From NCBI GenBank assembly GCA_030037395.1, contig JASHRJ010000036.1, positions 25,690-89,689 of the forward strand: 64,000 nucleotides of DNA, written 5' to 3'. Within the stretch, counting starts at the first letter, position 1. Each line of letters opens with the position of its first letter. Positions 19,046 to 28,923 of this stretch are shown one piece after another. Under the pieces are notes generated by a model. That model was given only the letters and a program-made list of their open reading frames with translations. It was not told the origin of the DNA and ran no database searches. This DNA comes from Thermoplasmata archaeon. GTDB taxonomy: Archaea > Thermoplasmatota > Thermoplasmata > Lutacidiplasmatales > UBA184. Both the position numbers and the translations under genes were made by a program.

Positions 19046-19975
19046 ATGAAAGGCGGCGAAGCACGGGAGCCGAGGATCGTCGGCGACGAGCGCCGGCGCG
19101 CGTACCTAGACCTGCTGAGCGACGTGATCTACGAGACCGAGTCGTTCTTCCACGAGGAGGGGTTCCTCCAACTGTTACCGGTGATGCTCGGCCGGAGCAC
19201 CGACCCGTTGGGCCCCGACCCCGGCTCTTCCGTAGTAAAGACCGTCGAGATCGACTATCTCGGCCAACGGTTCTACCTCATGAACTCGATGATCCTCCAC
19301 AAGCAGCTCGCGGTACGCGACATCGGGAAGATCTGGATCCTCTCGCCGAACGTTCGGCTCGAGCGACCCGAGCGGGCCGCGTCGGGCAAGCACCTCTTCG
19401 AGTTCACCCAGGCGGACTTCGAGATCCCGAACGCCGCCGGGGATGAGGTGCGCGCGCTCGTGGAGCGCTTCTTCGCGCGGCTCGGCTCCCGCCTTCGCGG
19501 CCACCCGGCGTTCCGGTCGCTCGACGTTCCGCCCCCGAGCTTCTCGCCTCCGTGGGCCACCTACACCACGCACGAGCTCGAGGCACGGTACGGCCCCTCG
19601 TGGGAGGAGCCCGCGTCGCGCGCGGAGCGCCAGCCGTTCTGGGTCACCTGCCATCGCCGGGAGTTCTACGACCGCGAGGACCCGGAGCGCCCGGGACACT
19701 ACCGGAACTACGACCTCGTCTATCCGGCGGGCTTCGGCGAGGCCCTCTCGGGGGCGGAACGCGAGTGGGACCCCGCCAGGATTCGGACCCGGATCGGCCG
19801 CGATGGGATCCCCCCGGCAGCGTACGAGGCCTATCTCGAGCAGGCGGACCATCTCGTCCCTTCGGCCGGGGCCGGCTTTGGGATCGAACGCTTGGTCCGG
19901 TTCCTCGTGCGCGCCCCTCACGTAGGGGACGTGCAGCTCTTCCGACGCGTCCCGGGCGAGACCCCCAGCCTGTAG
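19046..19975 (+). CDS. asnA: Archaeal asparagine synthetase A (AsnRS-like, no anticodon-binding domain)
   Basis: TDPLGPDP, SMILHKQ, SPNVRLE, HLFEFTQADFE, REFYDRED, GEALSGAERE, SAGAGFGIERL. Confidence 0.9.
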   Translation: MKGGEAREPRIVGDERRRAYLDLLSDVIYETESFFHEEGFLQLLPVMLGRSTDPLGPDPGSSVVKTVEIDYLGQRFYLMNSMILHKQLAVRDIGKIWILSPNVRLERPERAASGKHLFEFTQADFEIPNAAGDEVRALVERFFARLGSRLRGHPAFRSLDVPPPSFSPPWATYTTHELEARYGPSWEEPASRAERQPFWVTCHRREFYDREDPERPGHYRNYDLVYPAGFGEALSGAEREWDPARIRTRIGRDGIPPAAYEAYLEQADHLVPSAGAGFGIERLVRFLVRAPHVGDVQLFRRVPGETPSL

Positions 19976-20200
19976 GTACTCGCGGCTGCGTGCGTCGGGT
20001 CAGAAGGGGGGAACGCGTGACGATGCCGGCGGCTGCCTCGTCGGTCGGGGACCGTCGTGCCGAGCCTATCGCCGTCTCGGTCCCCGGCGCGCCCCGTTCG
20101 GCTCGCCCGCGTCGGGCGGCCCACCGCGGGGCGCGCGAGAGGTTCGCGCAAGAAGCTCTCATCATATACTCTTCGCCGTAAGCGGTCCCCTGAGGGCAGG

Positions 20201-20809
20201 ATGGCGGCGACGAACTGTCCCAGCTGCGGGGCGCCCGCAGCGGCGGGTTCCGGGTTCTGCACGTACTGCGGCGCCGCGCTCTCCGGCGCGTCGACGCCCC
20301 TCGTCGCTTCCTCCGGGGTCGCTTCCGCGCCTCTTCCCCCCCTGGGACCGACCGTCTCCTACCCCGGCGGCCCGCCCCCTCCTCGCCGGCACTCTCGGCT
20401 GCTCCTCATCGTCGTCGTGGTGGTCGTCGTGATCCTGGTCGTCGGGGTGGTCGCCTACCTCCTCCTGCCGGGCCCGGCGCCGGCCGTTCAGGTCGGATAC
20501 ATCTTCGTCTACGCCCCGGACGACGTCTGCGGGCTGAACCAGAGCCCGCCGATCGCCTTCTACGGGTTCAACAGCTCCACGGGGGCGAACCAGACGCTCG
20601 ACTTCCCCATGCCGAACTACAACGCGACGGCCTGCATGGTTCGGGGGGTATCCACGAACACCACCGGGTTCACGATCACGTACGCGCAGGTGCCGCTCAC
20701 GATCGGAGGCAGCCCGCATGGCCCCGGCAGCACGAACGCCTCCCTGAACGTCACCATCATCTCGCCCTCCTCGTCGTTCTCGGGCAACCTGAGCCTCGTG
20801 TTGAGGTAG
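20201..20809 (+). CDS. Zinc-ribbon single-TM membrane protein with an extracellular beta domain
   Basis: CPSCG..FCTYCG, Pro-rich linker, one TM, several N-x-S/T sequons; ATG at 20201. Confidence 0.75.
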   Translation: MAATNCPSCGAPAAAGSGFCTYCGAALSGASTPLVASSGVASAPLPPLGPTVSYPGGPPPPRRHSRLLLIVVVVVVVILVVGVVAYLLLPGPAPAVQVGYIFVYAPDDVCGLNQSPPIAFYGFNSSTGANQTLDFPMPNYNATACMVRGVSTNTTGFTITYAQVPLTIGGSPHGPGSTNASLNVTIISPSSSFSGNLSLVLR

Positions 20810-20955
20810 GACCGCATCCCGCCCGGGGGCCCTCGCCGCTGAGATCGGCCCGGGCAGAGCACCCCGGGCCGGGCACGATCGCTCGCAGCCGGGGAACGGC
20901 CGACGGCTGCGCACGGGCGAGGCCGTGCCCATCCTGGTCGCGGCCCGCGGGGTCT

Positions 20956-21921
20956 TCAGAACATGTCCAGCAGCTGACAGGCAAACGGGCGTCCGGTCGA
21001 TCGGAGCCATTGGTAGAGGTTCCGCCGGCGCAGCTCCGGAGCGAGCGGACAGGCCATCATCACGGCGTAGGAAGGGAGCAACGGGGTACACCGGGCCAGT
21101 TCGGGGTCGTCCTCTCCCGAGAACCAATCGCTCGCGAACGCGAGCCAGCGGCCGCTCGACCTTCGCTCCAGGGAGGCCATGAGTGCCGAACGTATCTCCC
21201 GCGTTGGAGCGATGACCTCGCCGGCCCGACCCCAGGTCGAATGCGGCTCCAGCGTGGCGTATCCTGCCACGCGGCCCTGGCGCTCGGCGACCAGCACGCC
21301 CCGCGCCGCGCCGGCGCCGGAAAGGAACCGGGCTCGGTAGGCTCGAGGGTCCCTCTGCGCGAACCCGAGCGCCCCGGCATTCGCTCGGCGGTGGACGCGG
21401 GCCAGCGCCGGAGCGTCCGAGCGCCGGGCCGGCCGCACGCGGAACCCGGGCGGGGCGCTCGACGTCCGCCGGTCGATGTACCGCAGCGCAGTCCGGGGGT
21501 AGAAAATGTCCTGATAGCCGAGTTTGAGATAGAGCTCGTGGGCGAGGTTCGATCGGCCCGTGCAGAGGAGGGCAAGACGGCGGCCGGCGCTTCGCTCGCG
21601 GCGGTGCACCTCCCGCAGGAGCTGCGCTGCGAGCCCGCGCCGCATCGCGTCGGGGCGGGTCATGACGAGCTCGATCCCGGCGGCCGGCTCCGGTCCTTGC
21701 GGAGTCGTCAGCCGATACTGGGAGACGAAGACCGCGGAGAGGAGCTCGTCGCCCTCCCGCGCGTACACCCCCAGGTACGAGGCAAACGGGAACCCGGACC
21801 GACGGGCCCGGAGGGCCGATGCGAGATCGTCCAGCCCGCCCCACGCACTGTAGTGGAGCGAGACCAGGGCCCTCCGGAGGTCCCGGTAGGCGTCGTCAAA
21901 GTCGAGTATCTCGACGCCCAT
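20956..21921 (-). CDS. GNAT acetyltransferase (tandem, Eis-like)
   Basis: VMTRPDAMRRGLAAQLL, LYLKLGY; second GNAT-like repeat. Confidence 0.8.
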   Translation of the reverse strand: MGVEILDFDDAYRDLRRALVSLHYSAWGGLDDLASALRARRSGFPFASYLGVYAREGDELLSAVFVSQYRLTTPQGPEPAAGIELVMTRPDAMRRGLAAQLLREVHRRERSAGRRLALLCTGRSNLAHELYLKLGYQDIFYPRTALRYIDRRTSSAPPGFRVRPARRSDAPALARVHRRANAGALGFAQRDPRAYRARFLSGAGAARGVLVAERQGRVAGYATLEPHSTWGRAGEVIAPTREIRSALMASLERRSSGRWLAFASDWFSGEDDPELARCTPLLPSYAVMMACPLAPELRRRNLYQWLRSTGRPFACQLLDMF

Positions 21922-22014
21922 CGAGCCCCTCGCCCCGGGCGCGGCAACGCGTCCCACGACCTTAGGGATGCGGGCGAAGCCGTGCCGCGGTCGCGGGGTC
22001 CGCGTACGCCCGAG

Positions 22015-22770
22015 CTACCGCCCCTCCAGACGATCGGTAATCTCGTACACGCACCCGTCCGGCGCTCGAAAGTGCGCCCAGCCACCCCACGTCCCTTCTC
22101 GGGTCTGCAGGATAGGGACACCGTGTGCTCGTAGCACGCCGATCGCCGCGCGAGAGTCCCTCACGCCGAACCCCGGGAGCGGACCGGTTCGCAGGTGCGG
22201 ATGATCCATCTCGCTGCCCCGACGGAAGGCTTCCACCGCACTGCCGTCGGGCAAGCGGCACTCGATCACGTTCTCCTCCTCCTCCACGGTCTTGGCGTGC
22301 AGCACGTCCCGGTAGAAGCGGGCGGTCTCCTCGAACCGGGACGTCGCGATCCCCAGGAACGCCAGCCGGGTGATCTGGAGGGGGCCGGCAGGGACTCCCG
22401 GGGAGGGGCGACGGGGGTAGTCGACGATTTCGAGGACGACCCCATCAGGTCCCCTAAAGTGCTGCCACCGGTAGTCGCCGGGGCTCCCTCCGGCTTCCCC
22501 GAGCAGGGCGTAGCCGCTCGACGCGAGCTCCGCCCGTGCCCGGTCGAAATCCCACACCTGAATGCCTACGACCGGACCCGTAGTGAAGTGGGTGTAGGGG
22601 TCCGATCGCGCGTCGAATACTTCGACGGATCCCCCGTCCGGCAGGTCGAAGCGCACGAAATGCGGTCGCTCGTTGCCCACCGGGAGCCCTAGCGCGGACT
22701 CGAAGAAATCCCGGGTGGCCTCAAAGCTTGGCGTCCTCGTCCCTACCCAGACCAGGCCGCGAGCCTCCAC
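22015..22770 (-). CDS. Tandem VOC/glyoxalase domain protein
   Basis: Two repeats containing LPDG..VE.F and HFR.PDG.V.EI. Confidence 0.85.
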   Translation of the reverse strand: MEARGLVWVGTRTPSFEATRDFFESALGLPVGNERPHFVRFDLPDGGSVEVFDARSDPYTHFTTGPVVGIQVWDFDRARAELASSGYALLGEAGGSPGDYRWQHFRGPDGVVLEIVDYPRRPSPGVPAGPLQITRLAFLGIATSRFEETARFYRDVLHAKTVEEEENVIECRLPDGSAVEAFRRGSEMDHPHLRTGPLPGFGVRDSRAAIGVLRAHGVPILQTREGTWGGWAHFRAPDGCVYEITDRLEGR

Positions 22771-23070
22771 GGACTCGCGAGCAGCAGCTCCAGCGCATCA
22801 CTGTTGGCCCTCGACAACCCCGCAAGCTCCTCGAGGCTCGGCCGGCCCTTCGGCCCCTCGGTCGGGCTCCCCACGTCCGGGGGCGCACGCGAGGAGGACC
22901 CCGCGCGATCGCCGGCCGACGGGCGCGGGCCCGCGACGGATCGCGCCGCCTGCGATGCGCGTACCGGGCCCCCGCGCTACCCGCGCTCCGCCGGGGGGTC
23001 GCCAGGGACGTCCTCGGGCCGCTCTGCCAAGGACCTAGGGCTTTTGCGTCGAGGAGGCTTGCGCCGGGCC

Positions 23071-24051
23071 GTGCGGGTGTCTCCCCGGATCCGAAGGTGG
23101 CTAACAGGGCCGACCGCCGACCCGAGCGCTCGTTGGCGCTTTCTCCGTGACGTAGAAGGCCTGGCTCCGGATGACCCCCGGGTCGTCGCGGCCCGCCGGC
23201 GGATCGGGCGAACGGGGTGGGCCGCCGGGATTCTCGCGCACCAGTTCCCTGACGGGCACTGGGCCACCCCCGGATCTTCGGATGAGGAGATCTACCGACC
23301 GAAGTACATCTCGACGTACTGGCGGTTCCTTCTCCTTGCCGAGCTCGGCATGACCCGGGAGGACCCTCGCATACGTCGTACGGTCCGCCTGATCATGCGT
23401 CGCTGGACCGAGAGGGGTACGGACCTCCTCGGCGGACCGGAGAGCGAGATCTGTGGCGTGGGAAACTGCGCCAGGGCCTTCCTCCGCTACGGGTACCTGG
23501 ATCACCCTGTGGTCCAACGATGCCTCGACTGGATCGTTCGAGACCAGAAGCCGGACGGGGGATGGTACTGCTTCCCGGGTCGCGCGTCAGGTTCGTTGGA
23601 CGGCTGGGAGGGACTGGCCGCGCTGGCCGAGGTCCCGGACGGCGCGCGCTCAGAGTCGGTCCGACGGGCGATCGCACGGGGAGCGGAGTTCCTCCTGCGT
23701 CATCGACTGAGCGTCGAGGGCCGTCGCTCCTACGCGCCGTGGCACCGGATCCACTTTCCCACCCACTACTACTACGACACGCTGGTCGGGCTTCAGCTGG
23801 TCGCCAGACTGGGACGCGCGACGGATCCCCGAGCGCGACCGGCCCTGCGGTGGTTGCTGGGCAAGCGGCGCCGCGACGGCACGTGGGCCATCGATGCGGA
23901 CCACCCGGACGTGGACTCCACGCAGCTGACCTACCCGCTGGACGAGTGGCCGTACTGGCCCTTGCGGCTGGAGACCCCCGGAGAACCGAGCCGGTGGGCT
24001 ACGCTGGATGCCCTGAGCGTACAGGCCTACCTGGAACGAGAGGAACGCTAG
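23071..24051 (+). CDS. Prenyltransferase/squalene-cyclase-like repeat protein
   Basis: QFPDGHW, YRPKYISTYW, QKPDGGWYC, FPTHYYYD, KRRRDGTW, GEPSRWAT; probable GTG start at 23071. Confidence 0.75.
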   Translation: MRVSPRIRRWLTGPTADPSARWRFLRDVEGLAPDDPRVVAARRRIGRTGWAAGILAHQFPDGHWATPGSSDEEIYRPKYISTYWRFLLLAELGMTREDPRIRRTVRLIMRRWTERGTDLLGGPESEICGVGNCARAFLRYGYLDHPVVQRCLDWIVRDQKPDGGWYCFPGRASGSLDGWEGLAALAEVPDGARSESVRRAIARGAEFLLRHRLSVEGRRSYAPWHRIHFPTHYYYDTLVGLQLVARLGRATDPRARPALRWLLGKRRRDGTWAIDADHPDVDSTQLTYPLDEWPYWPLRLETPGEPSRWATLDALSVQAYLEREER

Positions 24052-24461
24052 GCGGCGCCACGCGCGCGCGCGAGGACAGAGCGGTGGGAGGCGACGCGGC
24101 GGCGCGCGAGGCTCCGCTCCTTCGACCGTACCGTCGGTGCTCGCGATCGGCCGAGGGCAATCCGGCTCGGTGACGTTCCTTCATCCCAGGGGAGGAAGAT
24201 GGCCCCGCACCTCCGGAGCCGGGACAACGGCCCTGCACTACGTGGGAGCTCACCCGGGCGCACCCGTGTCCGAGGCCCTCCGACGACGACCCGCCGATGC
24301 CCGGGCGTTGGAGAGCACCGAGAGCGTGGACCACGGCTCGCTGCCCCGGTAGCCCCGCCTAGGGTACCCGCCGCGGCACGAATCTGTCGTGCTCTTATGG
24401 CGCGGGCGCCTCGCTCGTCAGATCGAGGCGGTTAGGCCGCGGGTGCGGAGGAGCGCTGGCG

Positions 24462-25088
24462 TTGAGCGAGCCGATCTACGACGAGCGTTACGCGCGACCC
24501 GGTTTGTATTGGGGAAGCAAGCCGACCCGCCTCGCACGCGATGTCGTCCGCCTGGCGCGGTCGCTTCCGCGCGCGCCCCGCACGCTGGTGGACCTGGGTT
24601 GCGGCGAGGGGCGAGACTCGATCTACTTTGCCCGGCGAGGCTACCGGGTGTTGGGCGTGGACATCTCGAGCGTCGGGATACGAAAGGCGGAACAGCGCGC
24701 GTCTCGGCTCGGGGTCGACGTCCGATTCCAGGTCAGGGACATTCGGACCTACCGGCTGGGTCATCGCGTGGACGTGGTGTTTTGCTCGGGAGCCCTGAAC
24801 AACCTCCCGCGTCGAATTCGGGCGACCCGATTTGAACACTTCAAAGCGAACACCGCGCCCGGGGGAATCCACGCCATGAACGCCGACGTTCCGAAACCCT
24901 ACATCCCGCCCTACTCGATGAATCGATTCGCGACCCCGTTCCGCTCGGGAGAGTTGCTGGGGTACTACGGGGACTGGGAGATCCTTGACTCAGGACAAGG
25001 GGAGTTCGTCTCCCACGCCGGGGGCGTCCCCCATCGGAAGGCCATGGACGTCGTCATTGCTCGGAAGCCCGCTCTCGGGTCCCCTTGA
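24462..25088 (+). CDS. Class I SAM-dependent methyltransferase (TehB-like)
   Basis: LVDLGCGEGRDSIYFARRGY.V.GVDIS, GELLGYYGDWEI. Confidence 0.88.
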   Translation: MSEPIYDERYARPGLYWGSKPTRLARDVVRLARSLPRAPRTLVDLGCGEGRDSIYFARRGYRVLGVDISSVGIRKAEQRASRLGVDVRFQVRDIRTYRLGHRVDVVFCSGALNNLPRRIRATRFEHFKANTAPGGIHAMNADVPKPYIPPYSMNRFATPFRSGELLGYYGDWEILDSGQGEFVSHAGGVPHRKAMDVVIARKPALGSP

Positions 25089-25299
25089 CCCCGCCTCGAC
25101 CGTCGCCCCGGGGTTTGCTCCGAAAGCGCAGGTCCGTGGCATCTCTCGGGACCGGCTTCCGGAGCGGCCGGCAACGGTCCGGTCGCGGAGCCTCTCGGAA
25201 GGTGCCGCTTGCCAACGGACCTCGAAATCGGAGCGTCCACCGTGGGACCTCCGAACTCGGGGTGGGGTCGCCGACGAGGGCGAGGGCCGACGCTCGCAC

Positions 25300-25725
25300 T
25301 CAGCCTGGGGGTTCGTTCTCCCCCAGTTCTGCGATCAAGGCATTCACCTTGGCCCGGAGGACGTCACGGATCTCCCGAAAGCCCTGAGAGTCGACGTGGC
25401 GGGTATCCGGAATCTCCCATCGACGAGGGCCAAACCGGGCGAACCACGCTGGGCACGAGGGATGACCGAGTGCTCCGATCGAGACACACTACGTGGCTTC
25501 GAGAGCCATCGGCTGCGTGAGCCGCTGGGGCGAGTGCGGGGGAAGTGGAATCCCAAGCTCGGACAGGCTTGGGCCGGTCTGTGGGTTCGTCGCGCGGGCA
25601 GGCACCACTCCCGCAGACAACGCGAGCCGGCCCTCAGGCCTTGATTTGTTGAAGATCGCCTCCGCCATCACGGAACGCCCTGCATTTCCGACGCACACGA
25701 ACAGCACGGTCTTGCGCGAGGTCAT
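25300..25725 (-). pseudogene. arsC: ArsC/LMW-PTP family gene interrupted by an in-frame TAG
   Basis: VLFVCVGNAGRSVMAEA...ALEAT*CVSIG..SCP..WEIPD..FREIRDVLRAKVNALIAEL; TAG at 25489-25491. Confidence 0.8.
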
Positions 25726-26241
25726 GAAGGAATGCCGCCCTGGACCCCACCCGTGGATCTGGCCCGTATCGCCGACGCCGTCTAGGGAGAGGGCCGATGG
25801 CCGTGCTCAGTTAAGAAAGCGTGATCGACGTACCGCTGCTCTCGGGCCTCGCACGACGGCTGAGAACGAAACGGCGGAGCTCGTGTCCTCGCCGCGATCT
25901 CCCCTTCCGACCCCCCCGTCGCAGAGCTCCGCGGGAGCGCCTGGGAAGCGATCTCTCGCGTGTCGAGGCCCTCGAGACCGTAGGGTTCGCGCGGACGCGC
26001 AGCTGCTCCCGCGGTCTAGCTGCTGCGCGCGATCCGTGGGTCCCCTACCGCCCTCGAAGACGGCGGTCCGCTGTCGCCACTATGGTCCCCCCGTGAACGC
26101 CCGGCAACGCGGAGGGGGATCTGGAGCTCGGCAACTCGGAGCGCCGACGTCGAGGGTGCCGGCGGCCCAGACCGAACGGCCGAAGCTCCTCGGATCGACC
26201 GATGAGGGCCTTTTTAGCCCAAGCGCGGCGTCTCGGGGGCC

Positions 26242-26736
26242 GTGAAGGCAAAGCCGCGGGCCCCTAGAGCCAACTCGGGCACGATGGTGTATCTCGAGGA
26301 CCGCGGCGCGGTCTATGACGCGCCGCTGGACGTGGTATGGGACTTCTGGCGCAAGGACGAGAAGTACCACCCGAAGGCCCACCGCACCGATGTCCGGAAC
26401 TTTGAGGGAAAGGAGCTGTCCGAAGTGACGACCCTCCTCACGTACGAAGAGCGGCAGGGGGGGCGCTGGGTAAAGCGGGCCTGTCGAATGACCACGATAC
26501 CGCCGGCGGTGCGGGTCCAGGAAGATCTGGAAGGACCGTACGCCGGTTCGATCAAGGTGTTCCTGTACACGCCACGAGGCCCGAAGACCACCGTCGACGT
26601 GCTCGCCTACGTGAAGTCCCTCGAACTGACCCCGAAGCAGGCCGAGCTCGACACCCGCAGGAAGTTCGCCAAGGCGTACCGCGAAGACCTGCCGTGGTTC
26701 CGAAAGTACGTGCGGTCCCGGCAGAGCGAGCGGTAG
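26242..26736 (+). CDS. Hypothetical protein, possible SRPBCC/START fold
   Basis: YDAPLDVVWDF start, beta-rich core, C-terminal helix. Confidence 0.65.
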   Translation: MKAKPRAPRANSGTMVYLEDRGAVYDAPLDVVWDFWRKDEKYHPKAHRTDVRNFEGKELSEVTTLLTYEERQGGRWVKRACRMTTIPPAVRVQEDLEGPYAGSIKVFLYTPRGPKTTVDVLAYVKSLELTPKQAELDTRRKFAKAYREDLPWFRKYVRSRQSER

Positions 26737-27147
26737 ACTAGCTCCGGCGTCCCAGGAGAGCCCGGCCGGAGGCCGGGTGTAGTCGCCCACAGGAAAAGCC
26801 AGCGCACGGACGAGCAGCGCCCGGTTCTCGGCGAAGTACGGCGAGCCCCTCTCGACGGGGCATACTCGAACCGCGACGCACCGGACCAAGCTGGGGGCAT
26901 TCCCTCGTCGGCGAGTCGACGGCTGGGAGCGACGCGCGCGGGCGCGGAGTGGGTAGGTAGGTCACGACCCCAGGGGTATGCCGCAGACCGGGCAGGAGAC
27001 GGCGAACGGAGGACACCCGCTCGGCCATGACGGGCCCGCTCGGCCTCGCCTCGGCCCGACCGACCCTTTCCCGCCCTGAGGGTTGTCCACGCCCGGGCTC
27101 GGGGCATCCGCGCGGATGGAGGCCGCGGCGTGGCAGCGGGCGGGCCG

Positions 27148-27230
27148 TGCCGGGGCCAGGATTCGAACCTGGGAACTCCTTCGAGAGCAGATCTTGAGTC
27201 TGCCGCCTTTGGCCGCTCGGCCACCCCGGC
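27148..27230 (-). tRNA. tRNA-Leu(CAA), no intron
   Basis: GCCGGGG...GCAGA-CT-CAA-GA-TCTGC, long variable arm, GGTTCGAATCC, CCCCGGC-A. Confidence 0.97.
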
Positions 27231-27255
27231 TCGGGCCGGCCACGGCCGACCCGGG

Positions 27256-27669
27256 TTATCCTCCTTCCCTCTCGACCGGTCCGCTGACGGCCTCCGGGAC
27301 CGACCGCGCGCCCCCGACCAGAGCGACCTCCTGCTGGCGGGCGAGCCGCCGCCCTCGTGCGGCTCGACGCGCGGAGGCCGCGCGGGCGCGCCGGAACGGC
27401 ACGCGGCGCTCGCGTCCGCACCGTAGGCACCTGCGAACCCGTCGTCCTTGGCGGAGCCGCGTCCGGACGTTGCGCCCCTCCACCCAGAACGTCGAGCAAC
27501 CGCGGCAGAACCGCTCCGAGTACTCCGGGAGGAGGCGGACGTTGTACCGCATTCCGATCCGGCGCGCGAGGCGCACATACCGGTCGGCGAGCCCCGGCTG
27601 GAGGCCGGTCGCCTCCCGCTCGGCGAGCGCGAACAGGTCGTCGATGCGCTCCGCGGCGACCTGGACCAT
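27256..27669 (-). CDS. rnp4: RNase P protein component 4 (Rpp21)
   Basis: AAERIDDLF, ADRYVRLARRIGMRYNVRL, FCRGC...CLRCG. Confidence 0.92.
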   Translation of the reverse strand: MVQVAAERIDDLFALAEREATGLQPGLADRYVRLARRIGMRYNVRLLPEYSERFCRGCSTFWVEGRNVRTRLRQGRRVRRCLRCGRERRVPFRRARAASARRAARGRRLARQQEVALVGGARSVPEAVSGPVEREGG

Positions 27670-27704
27670 TACGTTCGTCCGGCGGCCGCGGCGGCCCCCG
27701 GTCC

Positions 27705-28061
27705 TTACCCTTGGGGCTGCTGGCATACCGGGCAGTAGACCGCCGCGCTCGAGATCAACGTCGCGCAGCGGGTGCAGTACTTCGCGTTCGGCGGAGGCGG
27801 GATCGCGGCGACCGCGCCGGGAACCGACGCGGCCGGGGCGGCGTAGGCCCCGGGCGGGACGATCGGGGCCATCGGGCGCGGGGCCGCTCCCAGCGGCGGG
27901 GCGGACGCCGCGGAGGGCGCCGGGCCCGGCGCGGTGGTACCGAGCGGGCGGGCCTCGGCGGCCGTCTGCGGCAGGGTGTAGCCGCACTTCGCGCAGAACA
28001 GCGCCCCCTCCTCGGCGAGCTCGCCGCAATGGAGGCAGACCGGCACGAGCCTCCGCAACAT
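27705..28061 (-). CDS. Double zinc-ribbon protein with a Pro/Ala linker
   Basis: CLHC..CAKC and CTRC..CPVC. Confidence 0.75.
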   Translation of the reverse strand: MLRRLVPVCLHCGELAEEGALFCAKCGYTLPQTAAEARPLGTTAPGPAPSAASAPPLGAAPRPMAPIVPPGAYAAPAASVPGAVAAIPPPPNAKYCTRCATLISSAAVYCPVCQQPQG

Positions 28062-28091
28062 TAATTCGCTATAGAGCCGTCGGGTCCGACG

Positions 28092-28901
28092 GTGAGACAC
28101 CGGTCGGTCGCGCTCGTCACGCGGGACCCGGGGCTCTACCACGAGCTCGCGGGACTCCTTCGGGAACGGCGCTGGCCGTCGGTGAGCTTGCTCCCCGGCG
28201 ACCGGATCCCCGAGAGCGTCGCCGTCGTGCTCACGTCCGCCTCCGAACGTCGCGGGATCGACCACCCTAACGTGCTCGCCGTCTCGGGCGGGGGCGATCG
28301 CAGGGCGCTGGCCGCGGCGATCGCTCACGCGCTCGCGGCGCCGGACCCGTCGCACGACCTCGTGATCGGTCTCGACCCGGGACCCTTTCCGGGGTACGCG
28401 GTCCTCGCGGGGGGGACCTGCCTCGAGCAGGGCAACCTGGAGGCCCCCGAAGCGGTGGCAGCGCTCGCCGCGCAGCTCCGCCATCGCTTCCCGGCGCACC
28501 GGATCGTCTACCGGGTCGGCTCGGGAGACCCACCGGCCCGCAATCGCATCGTGAACGCGCTGCTCGAGCGACACCGGCCGGTCGAGCTCGTCAACGAGCG
28601 GGGGACCACGCCGAGGGGTCGACGCCGGCCCCGGGACGGGATGGCCGCGCGTCGGATCGGCGAAACGGAGGGTGCGCCGGTGCACGAGCCGCTGGTCGCC
28701 CCGATCACCGCCGGCGAGATCGCCAACGTCCAGCGGCTGAGCCGGATCGGGAGCGGAGGCCGGCTCACCATCTCGCGCAGCACCGCGCACCGCGTCCTCC
28801 GTGGCGAGGTGACCCTCGCGGAGGCGGTCGACCTGGCGATGGGCCAGAGCGGCGGCGCGCCGTCCGGCCGACGGCCGCGGAACTCCGGCCAACCGCTTTA
28901 A
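28092..28901 (+). CDS. Hypothetical protein with an RNase H-like (YqgF/RuvC-type) motif
   Basis: LVIGLDPGPFPGYAV, RVGSG, LVNERGTT, D..AA..I. Confidence 0.65.
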   Translation: MRHRSVALVTRDPGLYHELAGLLRERRWPSVSLLPGDRIPESVAVVLTSASERRGIDHPNVLAVSGGGDRRALAAAIAHALAAPDPSHDLVIGLDPGPFPGYAVLAGGTCLEQGNLEAPEAVAALAAQLRHRFPAHRIVYRVGSGDPPARNRIVNALLERHRPVELVNERGTTPRGRRRPRDGMAARRIGETEGAPVHEPLVAPITAGEIANVQRLSRIGSGGRLTISRSTAHRVLRGEVTLAEAVDLAMGQSGGAPSGRRPRNSGQPL

Positions 28902-28923
28902 CTCGGGCCCGGGTCGCCGGCGC

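Noticed and set aside
24052..24461. Short ORFs between the prenyltransferase-like and methyltransferase genes
   Set aside because: No recognisable motifs; probably non-coding or decayed sequence.
20820..27230. Integrated element with att sites at tRNA-Leu(CAA)
   Set aside because: No integrase or transposase is present, and no duplicate of the tRNA 3' end was found.
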